Below are positions 45,331 to 57,809 of a DNA stretch of 64,000 nucleotides, piece by piece. The notes below the pieces were generated by a model. It ran no database searches, was not told the origin of the DNA, and saw only the letters and a list, made by a program, of their open reading frames with translations. Position numbers and translations under genes: made by a program. Source of the DNA: Macrostomum lignano (lineage: Eukaryota); contig NIVC01003996.1 in NCBI GenBank assembly GCA_002269645.1, positions 1 to 64,000 on the forward strand, given 5' to 3'. Each line of letters opens with the position of its first letter. Position 1 is the first letter of the stretch.

Positions 45331-47349
45331 CCCGTGCCATTTTGGCATTGGCACTCTCCACAGTCTCCAGTAGATTAATAATTTTGACATTTACCTGTGA
45401 TAGATAATGTTAGCCTTCATATAAAAATGTAGTGTTGACAGCAGTGCATACGCACCTGGCTTAACTATATTTGCGAATTATTTTAAATTTTTTAACCAAC
45501 GCATTAGTACAACTAAACTGTTAATTAAGTGTAGCCCAAGGCCCCAAAATTACGTATAGGCAGGTACAATTTATGCATGTTAATAATTGATAACAAATTT
45601 TATATCGGGTTTAATCTATAAGAATGCCTTGCCTCTACACCTACAAAAAAGTGTTAATTGAAATTAAGATATCACCTTAATTCGAGGACACTGCGGCACC
45701 TTATTTTTTGGGGGGTGCAAGTTAAATGTTATTGAGCTTTTTTGTTCTCTAATGAGCTAGCCTAACCTGTGAATGATTATGTATATTTGTATCTAATAAG
45801 TAAGATAAGCGGCGTCATTTATAGTTGTCTAGACTTGTTGCCCTGTAAGGTGACCCTAGCCTAGTTGGGACATACTTACTATAAATAGATTTTATCACGT
45901 GATTCGGTAGACTAATAAACTAAATAATAAGGCTCTTGCAATCTGCGTGTGTGTGAGGGTTGGACGCGCCAGGGGCACAGGGGCAACGCCTTAACGCCCT
46001 ATTACGAGTATCTGACAAGAAAGACAAAAAACAAACAAGTGACGAATACACTACACCCGTATAATAGTCATATTGCCAGCTCTGTCACTCAGTTTACTCT
46101 GTCTGTCTGTCTGTCCGACCGGTTTGCCAGGTTCTAATTATAGTCATTCTTTTTTGTGGTCTAGACATGCGTCTAATCTAAAAACGGCTCTTAGATTATG
46201 GCTATTAGAGCTGCTTTTCATTGTTGATTATTTTCGATTTCGAAATATATAATTGCTTGCTTGCTTACGGAGTTTTAGTTCATCTGCACCAGTTGAGTGT
46301 TGTTTATCGCCTCTCCTCTGACCCTGACTAAGTTACTCCTTACATCCAAGTCCTAAGTCCTAACTAATCTGTTTAAATGTTTTTGCCTTTTTATCTTAAG
46401 TAAATGATGATCCCTTTAATAATAGTTACGGCGGACGGCGTGGTTAAGACTTTATTCTGTTCTTTGATTTTTGTTCAAAGAAATAGCCGCCCGCCGCCGC
46501 CCACCGCCCCCATAAAAGATCTAACAAATTCACACGCCGTACATTAGAGCTGTCTGTTTTGGTGTGAAAATTGCCGGCCCCGACTCTGGGGCGGGGATTG
46601 AGGCCGGAGTGGGGTGGCTATCGTGTCTATTCTATTTTGCCACCCCGCCCCAACCCCCCTCTAGCCCAGACCATATTAGGTCACGTGACAATTTAATTGC
46701 CTCTGCGTTCCCAAAATTTGTGATCGCGATCGCCGCCTATTTGTCATCTTGTCCTTGTTTGTCTGTCCTGTCGTTCATTGTAGTATTATTATTTATTATT
46801 ATTGTCAAAACAAATTTAGTTTCTTTTCGGTCATTAAAATGTGTACAATAAATAGCTCGTAATGTGTACAAGTCTCTGTCCAGGTTTTAATGGGGTGGTT
46901 TGTAATGTAAATGAGCCCCTTCTGAGCTGACGCACTTTTATGTATGGGCCTCTGTTGAAAATAAGATGATTCAGCAGTGTGAATGAAAGAACAACTAAGG
47001 ATGCACCGTCTCCCATCATGATTCCAGACAGCGTATCCACTATCCATAATTGATTTTTTTACTTAATGTTAAAGTGGGGACATTTTGCCCCCTTCCTCCA
47101 CCCCCTCTGGCTACGCCCTTTGCTACTGACAGATTAATCATTAAACTTCATTATGTCATCATTTAGGCAATTAAGGCCGCGCTCTCTTCACCCGATGTTT
47201 TGTAATTTTCATTTTACACATGTAAATTTTTAACCTAACAAGGCAAGGCACAGGTCAGTTTTTTAAGGACATGTTGTTATCCGCTGCAGGGGTCATGTTT
47301 AGAATCCATGTTAGAATGGGTTCTTATCATCTTTTTGCGTAGTTTCTCG

Positions 47350-48450
47350 GAATCTGATTGGGTGTCAGATCTTGGAATCTAAAGGGGGTGTCAGATCTTG
47401 GAATCTAAAGGGGTGTGTCAGATCTCGGAATCTAAAGGGGGTGTCAGATCTCGGAATCTAAAGGGGGTGTCAGATCTCGGAATCTAAAGGGGGTGTCAGA
47501 TCTCGGAATCTAAAGGGGGTGTCAGATCTCGGAATCTAATGGGGTGTCAGATCTCGGAATCTAAAGGGGGTGTCAGATCTCGGAATCTAATGGGGTGTCA
47601 GATCTCGGAATCTAATGGGGTGTCAGACCTCGGAATCTAATGGTGTCAGATCTCGGAATCTAATGGGATGTGTCAGATCTCGGAATCTAATGGGGTGTCA
47701 GATCTCGGAATCTAATGGGGTGTGTCAGATCTCGGAATCTAATGGGGTGTCAGATCTCGAAATCTAATGGGGTGTGTCAGATCTCTGAATCTAATGGGGT
47801 GTCAGATCTCGGAATCTGATGGGGTGTGTCAGATCTCGGAATCTAAAGGGGGTGTCAGATCTCGGAATCTGATGGGGTGTGTCAGATCTCGGAATCTAAT
47901 AGGGTGTCAGATCTCGGAATCTAATGGGGTGTCAGATCTCGGAATCTGATGGGGTGTGTCAGATCTCGGAATCTAAAGGGGGTGTCAGATCTCGGAATCT
48001 AATGGGGTGTCAGATCTCGGAATCTAAAGGGGGTGTCAGATCTCGGAATCTAATGGGGTGTCAGACCTCGGAATCTAATGGTGTCAGATCTTGGAATCTA
48101 AAGGGGTGTGTCAGATCTCGGAATCTAAAGGGGGTGTCAGATCTCGGAATCTAAAGGGGGTGTCAGATCTCGGAATCTAAAGGGGGTGTCAGATCTCGGA
48201 ATCTAATGGGGTGTGTCAGACCTCGGAATCTAATGGGGTGTGTCAGACCTCGGAATCTAATGGGGTGTGTCAGATCTTGGAATCTAATGGGTTGTCAGAT
48301 CTTGGAATCTACAGGGGGTGTCAGATTTTGGAATCTAATGGGGTGTCAGATTTTGGAATCTAATGGGGTGTCAGATTTTGGAATCTAATGGGGTGTCAGA
48401 TTTTGGAATCTAATGGGGTGTCAGATCTGGGAATCTAATAGTGTTGTCAG
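47350..48450. repeat. 24-27-bp minisatellite (gatctcggaatctaatggggtgtca)
   Basis: Tandem units. Confidence 0.94.
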
Positions 48451-49102
48451 AACCTAATAAATTAATTAAAACGTTTCCTCAAGGCCTTGCCGACACCAAA
48501 AACGCTAAACAGACAAGCACTACGCAAACACTACGCTACTATGTACATTTAGTTAGTAGTAGTCAAACTGGTTGTTCTATATTTAGCTAGGTCCAGTTTA
48601 ACGTCATCAGGTTGAGTTTATTGCAAGATAGATTGAATTCACCGCGCACCCGGGCTCCGAGTGCGGCTGCTTGCCCCTGGATGAATCCAGGGCCCAGGGG
48701 TATTAGCGAAAGCCATAACTATATTTGAAATTTGTGGACAAGTGTTGAAGTTACTTCCACCTCCACCTGTTGTTTAACAAACCTTTGTTTAGCAAATTGT
48801 TTAAATTTAAGAATCCTAATAAAATTATGAAAAATTGATTGATAAAGTAATGGAAAATTTATATAAGATATAAAGTAGATTATTTAATACAATAAAGCTA
48901 ATTTTCTATTTTTAATCTCTCCACTCCCTCTCTCTCTCTCTCTTGGTAGGCAGCAGGTCTCTCTTGACCACTCGTGGCCAGTGGCGCCACCCTTTACTTT
49001 TATTTCTGTCTCAAAATGAACATTTATTGGACATTGTGCCAATTTAAGAAATTTTCTTTTCTATCCACTCTTTTCGCTCTCTTCTTCCTTTCCGCGCATG
49101 TG

Positions 49103-49112
49103 TATATATAAA
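49103..49112 (+). promoter_or_regulatory. Candidate TATA box for alternative first exon 1b
   Basis: tatatataaa about 75 bp upstream of ATG 49186. Confidence 0.35.
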
Positions 49113-49185
49113 TGTTGTGTCTCACATGCGGGACTGACTGGGCAGGTGGATAGGTTAAAAACAGCCTGCTGTGTTATCATTAGCA

Positions 49186-49315
49186 ATGCCGTCTCAGCAT
49201 CAACAAGTCATATTTGGCTTGGAATCATCAGATTCGGAAGCTGACGATGCGGATGACGTATTCGAACAGTCGACTTCTAATGGAGATAATTATAGCGAAT
49301 CTTTGTTGTCAGCTT
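49186..49315 (+). CDS. Putative alternative first coding exon (1b) of the BH3 gene; short acidic N-terminus
   Basis: MPSQHQQVIFGLESSDSEADDADDVFEQSTSNGDNYSESLLSA then T|GTAAGT (phase 1). There is an in-frame TAA upstream at 49156, and the exon joins in frame to 59789. Confidence 0.55.
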
Positions 49316-49454
49316 GTAAGTTTTTTGTCTTCAATTTATTGATAGGTCTTATTGATAGGTCTTATTGATTGTCTTCAATTTATTTTATAGTATTAACTAA
49401 ATAACCTTGTCTAATAGGGGTAGCTGGGCATAATCTACGGTCTAAGTCACGTGG

Positions 49455-50660
49455 AGTGCCATTTTCTAGTTTGGGGAGTGCCATTTTCCAGTTTGGGGAG
49501 TGCCATTTATTAGTTTAGGGAGTGCCATTTTCCAGTTTGGGGAGTGCCATTTTCCAGTTTAGGGAGTGCCATTTTCCAGTTTGGGGAGTGCCATTTTCCA
49601 GTTTGGGGAGTGCCATTTATTAGTTTAGGGAGTGCCATTTTCCAGTTTGGGGAGTGCCATTTTCCAGTTTAGGGAGTGCCATTTTCCAGTTTGGGGAGTG
49701 CCATTTTCCAGTTTGGGGAGTGCCATTTATTAGTTTAGGGAGTGCCATTTTCCAGTTTGGGGAGTGCCATTTTCCAGTTTAGGGAGTGCCCTTTTCCAGT
49801 TTAGGGAGTGCCATTTTCTAGTTTAAGGAAGTGCCATTTTCCAGTTTGGGGAGTGCCATTTTCCAGTTTAAGGAAGTGCCATTTTCCAGTTTGGGGAGTG
49901 CCATTTTCCAGTTTAAGGGAGTGCCATTTTCCAGTTTGGGTAGTGCCATTTTCCAGTTTAAGGGAGTGCCATTTTCCAGTTTAGGGAGTGCCATATTCCA
50001 GTTTAAGGAAGTGCCATATTCCAGTTTAAGGAAGTGCCATTTTCTAGTTTGGGGAGTGCCATTTTCCAGTTTAAGGAAGTGCCATTTTCCAGTTTGGAGA
50101 GTGCCATTTATTAGTTTGGGGAGTGCCATTTTCTAGTTTGGGGAGTGCCATTTTCTAGTTTGGGGAGTGCCATTTTCCAGTTTAAGGAAGTGCCATTTTC
50201 CAGTTTGGAGAGTGCCATTTATTAGTTTGGGGAGTGCTAATTATTAGTTTGGGGAGTGCCATTTTCCAGTTTGGGGAGTGCCATTTTCTAGTTTGGGGAG
50301 TGCCATTTTCTAGTTTGGGGAGTGCCATTTTCCAGTTTAAGGAAGTGCCATTTTCCAGTTTGGAGAGTGCCATTTATTAGTTTGGGGAGTGCCATTTTCT
50401 AGTTTGGGGAGTGCCATTTTCTAGTTTGGGGAGTGCCATTTTCCAGTTTAAGGAAGTGCCATTTTCCAGTTTGGAGAGTGCCATTTATTAGTTTGGGGAG
50501 TGCTAATTATTAGTTTGGGGAGTGCCATTTTCCAGTTTGGGGAGTGCCATTTTCTAGTTTGGGGAGTGCCATTTTCTAGTTTGGGGAGTGCCATTGTCTA
50601 GTTTGTGGAGTGCCATTTTCTAGTTTGGGGAGTGCCATTTTCTAGTTTGGGGAGTGCCAT
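49455..50660. repeat. 22-bp minisatellite (gagtgccattttccagtttggg)
   Basis: Tandem units. Confidence 0.95.
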
Positions 50661-51344
50661 TTAGCATTCGAAGTATTTTATCTAATTATGTAATCTTGAC
50701 CCTCCATGCATACACCAATGCTCAAGTGAGTTTTGTTTATTTTACAACAGCAGCAACAAAAGAAAACCAAAACGTTGCATTCCTTTGTTGTGTCAATTTT
50801 CTAGTGTCAATCTATAATTCAGTGATGCGCTGGCTAGCGGTTCGTTTCAGTAACAAATATTCATTTAGCAAGGTCTTTGTAGATATTATCTTGTTTATCA
50901 GACCCCGATCTTGCAGGCAGATAAGCGCGAGGTGCATAGTTGTTAGTTTATGATTTCAGTTGTGTTTTTTGAAACAAAATTCGACTTCTTTAACTGTCTG
51001 TCAATCAATCAAATTAGGAAAATAATACGGCTTGTAACAGGCGCCGCTGACAAGCCAAGTGACGTATATACAATAAGTGCTAACTAATTTATGACAAAAC
51101 TGAATTAGCTTTCTTCCCAAACTTGTTGACATTCCATGTGTCCCACTCAAATTTTCACCTGCCTTTTTTGACCTCGGCCGAACCTGTACCCTATGTTTTG
51201 TTAATTAGTGTGACCTGAAAATACAGTGAAGTCTTGCTCTTTGCGAAATTTCCCTGCTTTAAGTTGAATTTTAACCATGAAATATTTGTTTGAAATTCGA
51301 TGCAGCTTTTATGGGGATCACTGCATACTTGAATCGGGGCATTG

Positions 51345-52410
51345 TTCATTAGGATCATGGGATTCTCGAGTCGGGATAATAGGATTCTTGATTTGGGATC
51401 ATAGGTTTCTCGATTTGGGATAATGGGATTCTCGATTTGAGATAATGGGATTCTCGATTTGGGATCATGGGATTCTTGATTTAGGATCATGGGATCCTTG
51501 ATTCGGGATAATTGGATTCTCGATTTGGAATAATGGGATTCTCGATTTTGGATAATGGGACTCTCGATTCGGGATAAGGGGATTTTCGATTCGGGATAAT
51601 GGGATTCTTGATTTGGGATCATGGGATTCTTGATTTGGGATCATGGGATTCTCGATTTGGGATCGTGGGATTCTCGATTTTGGATAATGGGATTCTCGAT
51701 TCGGGATAATGGGACTCTCGATTCGGGATAAGGGGATTTTCGATTCGGGATAATGGGATTCTCTATTTGGGATCATGGGATTTTCGATTTGGGATCGTGG
51801 GATTTTCGATTCGGGATAATGGGATTCTCTATTTGGGATCATGGGATTTTCGATTTGGGATCATGGGATTTTCGATTTTGGATCATGGGATTTTCGATTT
51901 GGGATCATGGGATTTTCGATTTTGAATCATTGTATTCTTGATTTGGGAATTTTATTTGGGATCATGGGATTCTTGATTTAGGATCATGGGATCCTTGATT
52001 CGGGATAATTGGATTCTCGATTTGGAATAATGGGATTCTCGATTTTGGATAATGGGATTCTCGATTTTGGATAATGGGACTCTCGATTCGGGATAAGGGG
52101 ATTTTCGATTCGGGATAATGGGATTCTTGATTTGGGATCATGGGATTCTCGATTTGGGATCGTGGGATTCTCGATTTTGGATAATGGGATTCTCGATTCG
52201 GGATAATGGGACTCTCGATTCGGGATAATGGGATTCTCGATTCGGGATAATGGGACTCTCGATTCGGGATAAGGGGATTTTCGATTCGGGATAATGGGAT
52301 TCTCTATTTGGGATCATGGGATTTTCGATTTGGGATCGTGGGATTTTCGATTTTGAATCATTGGATTCTTGATTTGGGAATTTTTGGGATCATGGGATTC
52401 TCGATTTAGT
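51345..52410. repeat. About 11/22-bp minisatellite (gggattctcgatttgggataat)
   Basis: Tandem units. Confidence 0.93.
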
Positions 52411-52702
52411 ATGTGTGAAACTGACATTTCTTTAATGTACAAAATTTTGGCTTCAAATTTGTAATTTTTTTTTTCGGTTTTAAACAGGTTAAACTTACTG
52501 TTCCAGTGCATAAATAGTTGTTGCTCTTATCGGTGAATTAGTATGTATTTATAGGACGCTCCGCTGCGCAGACCGAATCTAGTGCACCTGCACTCATGTT
52601 GCTTCGGTACAGTTGTGCATCTTAGAGGGTTTGTTGTTTCTTTTTTCATAGCGCATTTGAAGTGCGTGCACAGCTGTGTGCTATAGTTGACTGTACTAGG
52701 CC

Positions 52703-53561
52703 CAGGGGTTGGCAAACTCCGGCCCGTGGGCCCCATGCCTTTGCGTCCTTTGAAATTTCACAATAGGAATCTGGCCCGCTTAAGGGTTGATGTCTCTTCT
52801 CTCAGCTCTCTTCTCTCTACCCTCTTTTTATCTCCTCTCTCCTGTACTCTCTTCTCTCTCCTCTCTCCCTAATCCTCTCTACCCTCTTCTTTCTCCCCTA
52901 ATCTCTTCTTTCTCTCTCCTCTCCTTTCTTCTCTCTCCCCTGTTCTCTTCTCTCTCCCCTCTCCCTAATCCTCTCTACCCTCTTCTCTCTCCTCTCTCCC
53001 TAATCCTCTCTACCCTCTTCTTTCTCCCCCTAATCTCTTCTTTCTCTCTCCTCTCCTTTCTTCTCTCCCCTCTCCTTTCTTCTCTCCCCTCTCCTTTCTT
53101 CTCTCCCATCCTCTTTTCTCTCTCCCCTGTTCTCTTCTCCCTACTCTCTCCTCTCTTCTTTCTTCCCTCCTGTCTCCTCTCTCGTCTCTTCTCTTTTCCC
53201 TCCTCTTTCTTCTTTCCTCTCTCCTCTCCTCTCCTCTCTAACCTCTCCTCTCTCCTCTTTACCCTCTTCTCTCTCCTCTCTACCCTGTTCTCTCCCCTAC
53301 TCTCTTCTCTCTCCACTACTCTCTTCTCTCCCCTCTCCCCTCTCCTCTCTTGTCTCTCCCCTCTCTACTCTCCCTGTTTCTCTTCTCTCTTCCCTCTCTC
53401 TTCCTCTCTCATATCTTCTCTCCTATCTCTCATCCCTTCTTTTCTAATTTCTCTCTCCTCTATTCAAACTATTTTTCTCTCTTATCTGGCCCGCATCCAT
53501 GAGGTATAGATTAATTATTTTTCAGGCGCTTTAAGGTAAAAAAAAGTTGTTTCGACCCCTT
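52703..53561 (+). mobile_element. Non-autonomous hAT-Charlie (MER58-like) element with internal CT-rich expansion
   Basis: Left end caggggttggcaaactccggcccgtgggcc; right end tctggcccgcatccatgagg...aaaaaaagttgtttcgacccctt; CT tract about 52790-53480. No convincing 8-bp TSD. Confidence 0.65.
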
Positions 53562-54009
53562 TGTCTGGTCTACTCGTACATATATAGACGGTGTTAAGGG
53601 ACTCTGTAGTACTATTAATTATTTGGCTACGGGCATATTCACTGTTGCACTGTTGTTCGTTGATAGGAGCGTATATTTCGAATTTTCCCATTTTATTAAT
53701 AATACCAGCTAGCTGAACGTGTGTCCGTGCAGCTATGTAAATATGAATGTGTGGATCTAGTACTGCAGTACTATTATTTTATTGTCTAGACTAAAGACCT
53801 TTCAGTGTATATAGTATAGTGAAACTGAATGACTCATTAGGAATTTCGCTTTCTACGATATGTATATATGTACGTGTAATACTCGTCGTCTGAAGTATCT
53901 GCGCAATAGGTGCAATCGTAAGTATTAATATTCAGCAATTCTTTAATAAATTGGTTACTAGTTAGCTAATTAAACGCGCACAAGGGGCGCCACAAGGGGC
54001 GCACAAGAG

Positions 54010-56965
54010 GTGACTAGATAGGGAACAGAGTCACTAGATAGGGAACAGAGTCACTAGATAGGGAACAGAGTCACTAGATAGGGAACAGAGTCACTAGATG
54101 GAGTGCAGAGTCACTAGATGGAGTGCAGAGTCACTAGATGGAGTGCAGAGTCACTAGATGGAGTGCAGAGTCACTAGATGGAGTGCAGAGTCACTAGATG
54201 GTTCACAGAGTTACTAGATGGATTGCAGAGTCACTAGATGGATTGCAGAGTCACTAGATGGAGTGCAGAGTCACTAGATGGATTGCAGAGTTACTAGATG
54301 GATTGCAGAGTTAGCTCGTACTAGATGGAGTGCAGAGTCACTAGATGGTGTGCAGAGTCACTAGATGGTTCACATAGTTACTAGATGGATTGCAGAGTTA
54401 CTAGATGGAGTGCAGAGTCACTAGATGGATTGCAGAGTTACTAGATGGAGTGCAGAGTCACTAGATGGTGTGCAGAGTCACTAGATGGATTGCAGAGTTA
54501 CTAGATGGAGTGCAGAGTCACTAGATGGTTCACATAGTTACTAGATGGATTGCAGAGTTACTAGATGGAGTGCAGAGTCACTAGATGGATTGCAGAGTTA
54601 CTAGATGGAGTGCAGAGTTACTAGATGGAGTGCAGAGTCACTAGATGAATTGCAGAGTTACTAGATGGATTGCAGAGTCACTAGACAGGGCACAGAGTCA
54701 CTAGATGGAGTGCAGAGTCACTAGATGAATTGCAGAGTCACTAGATGGAGTGCAGAGTCACTAGATGGATTGCAGAGTCACTAGATGGTTCACAGAGTTA
54801 CTAGATGGAGTACAGAGTCACTAGACAGGGCACAGAGTCACTAGATGGAGTGCAGAGTCACTAGATGGATTGCAGAGTCACTAGATGGTTCACAGAGTTA
54901 CTAGATGGAGTACAGAGTCACTAGATGGAGTGCAGAGTCACTAGATGGTTCACAGAGTTACTAGATGGAGTACAGAGTCACTAGATGGAGTGCAGAGTCA
55001 CTAGATGGTTCACAGAGTTACTAGATGGAGTACAGAGTCACTAGATGGATTGCAGAGTCACTAGACAGGGCACAGAGTCACTAGATGGAGTGCAGAGTCA
55101 CTAGATGGAGTACAGAGTCACTAGACAGGGCACAGAGTCACTAGATGGATTGCAGAGTCACTAGACAGGGCACAGAGTCACTAGATGGAGTGCAGAGTCA
55201 CTAGATGGATTGCAGAGTCACTAGATGGTTCACAGAGTCACTAGATGGAGTGCAGAGTCACTAGATGGAGTACAGAGTCACTAGACAGGGCACAGAGTCA
55301 CTAGATGGATTGCAGAGTCACTAGACAGGGCACAGAGTCACTAGATGGAGTGCAGAGTCACTAGATGGATTGCAGAGTCACTAGATGGTTCACAGAGTTA
55401 CTAGATGGAGTACAGAGTCACTAGATGGATTGCAGAGTCACTAGACAGGGCACAGAGTCACTAGATGGAGTGCAGAGTCACTAGATGGAGTACAGAGTCA
55501 CTAGACAGGGCACAGAGTCACTAGATGGATTGCAGAGTCACTAGACAGGGCACAGAGTCACTAGATGGAGTGCAGAGTCACTAGATGGATTGCAGAGTCA
55601 CTAGATGGTTCACAGAGTCACTAGATGGAGTGCAGAGTCACTAGATGGAGTACAGAGTCACTAGACAGGGCACAGAGTCACTAGATGGATTGCAGAGTCA
55701 CTAGACAGGGCACAGAGTCACTAGATGGAGTGCAGAGTCACTAGATGGATTGCAGAGTCACTAGATGGTTCACAGAGTTACTAGATGGAGTACAGAGTCA
55801 CTAGATGGAGTGCAGAGTCACTAGATGGATTGCAGAGTCACTAGATGGTTCACAGAGTTACTAGATGGAGTACAGAGTCACTAGATGGATTGCAGAGTCA
55901 CTAGACAGGGCACAGAGTCACTAGATGGAGTGCAGAGTCACTAGATGGAGTACAGAGTCACTAGATGGAGTACAGAGTCACTAGATGGAGTACAGAGTCA
56001 CTAGATGGAGTGCAGAGTCACTAGATGGATTGCAGAGTCACTAGATGGTTCACAGAGTTACTAGATGGAGTACAGAGTCACTAGATGGATTGCAGAGTCA
56101 CTAGACAGGGCACAGAGTCACTAGATGGAGTGCAGAGTCACTAGATGGAGTACAGAGTCACTAGATGGAGTACAGAGTCACTAGATGGAGTGCAGAGTCA
56201 CTAGATGGATTGCAGAGTCACTAGATGGTTCACAGAGTTACTAGATGGAGTACAGAGTCACTAGATGGATTGCAGAGTCACTAGACAGGGCACAGAGTCA
56301 CTAGATGGAGTGCAGAGTCACTAGATGGAGTACAGAGTCACTAGACAGGGCACAGAGTCACTAGATGGATTGCAGAGTCACTAGACAGGGCACAGAGTCA
56401 CTAGATGGAGTGCAGAGTCACTAGATGGATTGCAGAGTCACTAGATGGTTCACAGAGTTACTAGATGGAGTACAGAGTCACTAGATGGAGTGCAGAGTCA
56501 CTAGATGGTTCACAGAGTTACTAGATGGAGTACAGAGTCACTAGATGGATTGCAGAGTCACTAGACAGGGCACAGAGTCACTAGATGGAGTGCAGAGTCA
56601 CTAGATGGATTACAGAGTCACTAGATGGATTGCAGAGTCACTAGACAGGGCACAGAGTCACTAGATGGATTGCAGAGTCACTAGATGGATTGCAGATTCA
56701 CTAGACAGGGCACAGAGTCACTAGATGGATTGCAGAGTCACTAGACAGGGCACAGAGTCACTAGATGGATTGCAGAGTCACTAGACAGGGCACAGAGTCA
56801 CTAGATGGATTGCAGAGTCACTAGACAGGGCACAGAGTCACTAGATGGATTGCAGAGTCACTAGACAGGGCAGAGTCACTAGATGGATTGCAGAGTCACT
56901 AGACAGGGCACAGAGTCACTAGATGGATTGCAGAGTCACTAGACAGGGCACAGAGTCACTAGATG
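54010..56965. repeat. 20-bp satellite (cagagtcactaga + variable 7-mer), about 148 units
   Basis: Strict 20-bp register, giving identical columns across 60-nt lines. Confidence 0.97.
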
Positions 56966-57289
56966 TAGTGCAGAGGAATTGCTACCAGATCACACTGGTT
57001 CTAGAGCTTATATCTCCATGAGTAAGCAGAGTAAGTACCATTGTCTATAGCGTCTGTTTGTATAAGCAGTGAGCACAAAGGCAGGCAGACTCATAAATGC
57101 TTTGAATAAATTTCAGCTAGAAGCAGGTGTCACTCTGGGGTCGTCTCCGGTCACGTGATTAAGCTGTTTATGAATAGGCGGCACTGGAACGACAGTTGGA
57201 AATATGCAAATGAAATAAAATAACAGAGAAGCGAAGCAAAGTTGACAGGAGCGTCTTTGTTTTAACTCCCTCTGACCCTTCATTTAAAA

Positions 57290-57440
57290 GCGTTGCGGGT
57301 TGTTAAAATTCTTTACCTCAAGGGCCTGCTAAACAATCCAGCTCATGGCTGCGGGCCAGTTGAGGGAGGAGAGGAATAGAGGAGAGAGGGAGAGAATATT
57401 AGAGATAAAAGGAGAGAAGAGATGAGAGAGAGGGGGAAAT
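57290..57440 (-). mobile_element. Fragment of the same hAT-like element (subterminal right-end motif plus purine tract)
   Basis: The reverse complements ctggcccgcagccatgagc and caggcccttgaggtaaagaa match 53485-53545. Confidence 0.5.
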
Positions 57441-57809
57441 TCGAAATGCAGACACAGAAAGCCAGACTGAGACGTAGTTATAATTCCTAAACAGTGAGCG
57501 GCCTATAGTTTTGTCCAACGTGCCGAATAGCAATGTTTGTTTTAACAATGTAGTAAAGCTTTTATCTATCTTGGGTTATACTATATCGTGACCTTGACAT
57601 GGTTATAACTGCGACATTGTTTATAACAGTTATTATGGCTGATGTTTGTTAATTTTTGGGCGGTAGATAGTAGGATTCTGTGATTTTTAAGCATAAATTT
57701 GACCCCAAATCAATGGATGATAAGTTAAGGTGACCGCGATAAAAATGTGACCTCTCGTTTATGGCTCCCGAGATGTGATCTCGATTGGTTTTAGGAAATT
57801 GCATCAATT

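Noticed and set aside
54010-56965. CRISPR-like constant/variable alternation
   Set aside because: The variable parts are 7 bp drawn from about five recurring states, not unique spacers; eukaryotic context and no cas genes.
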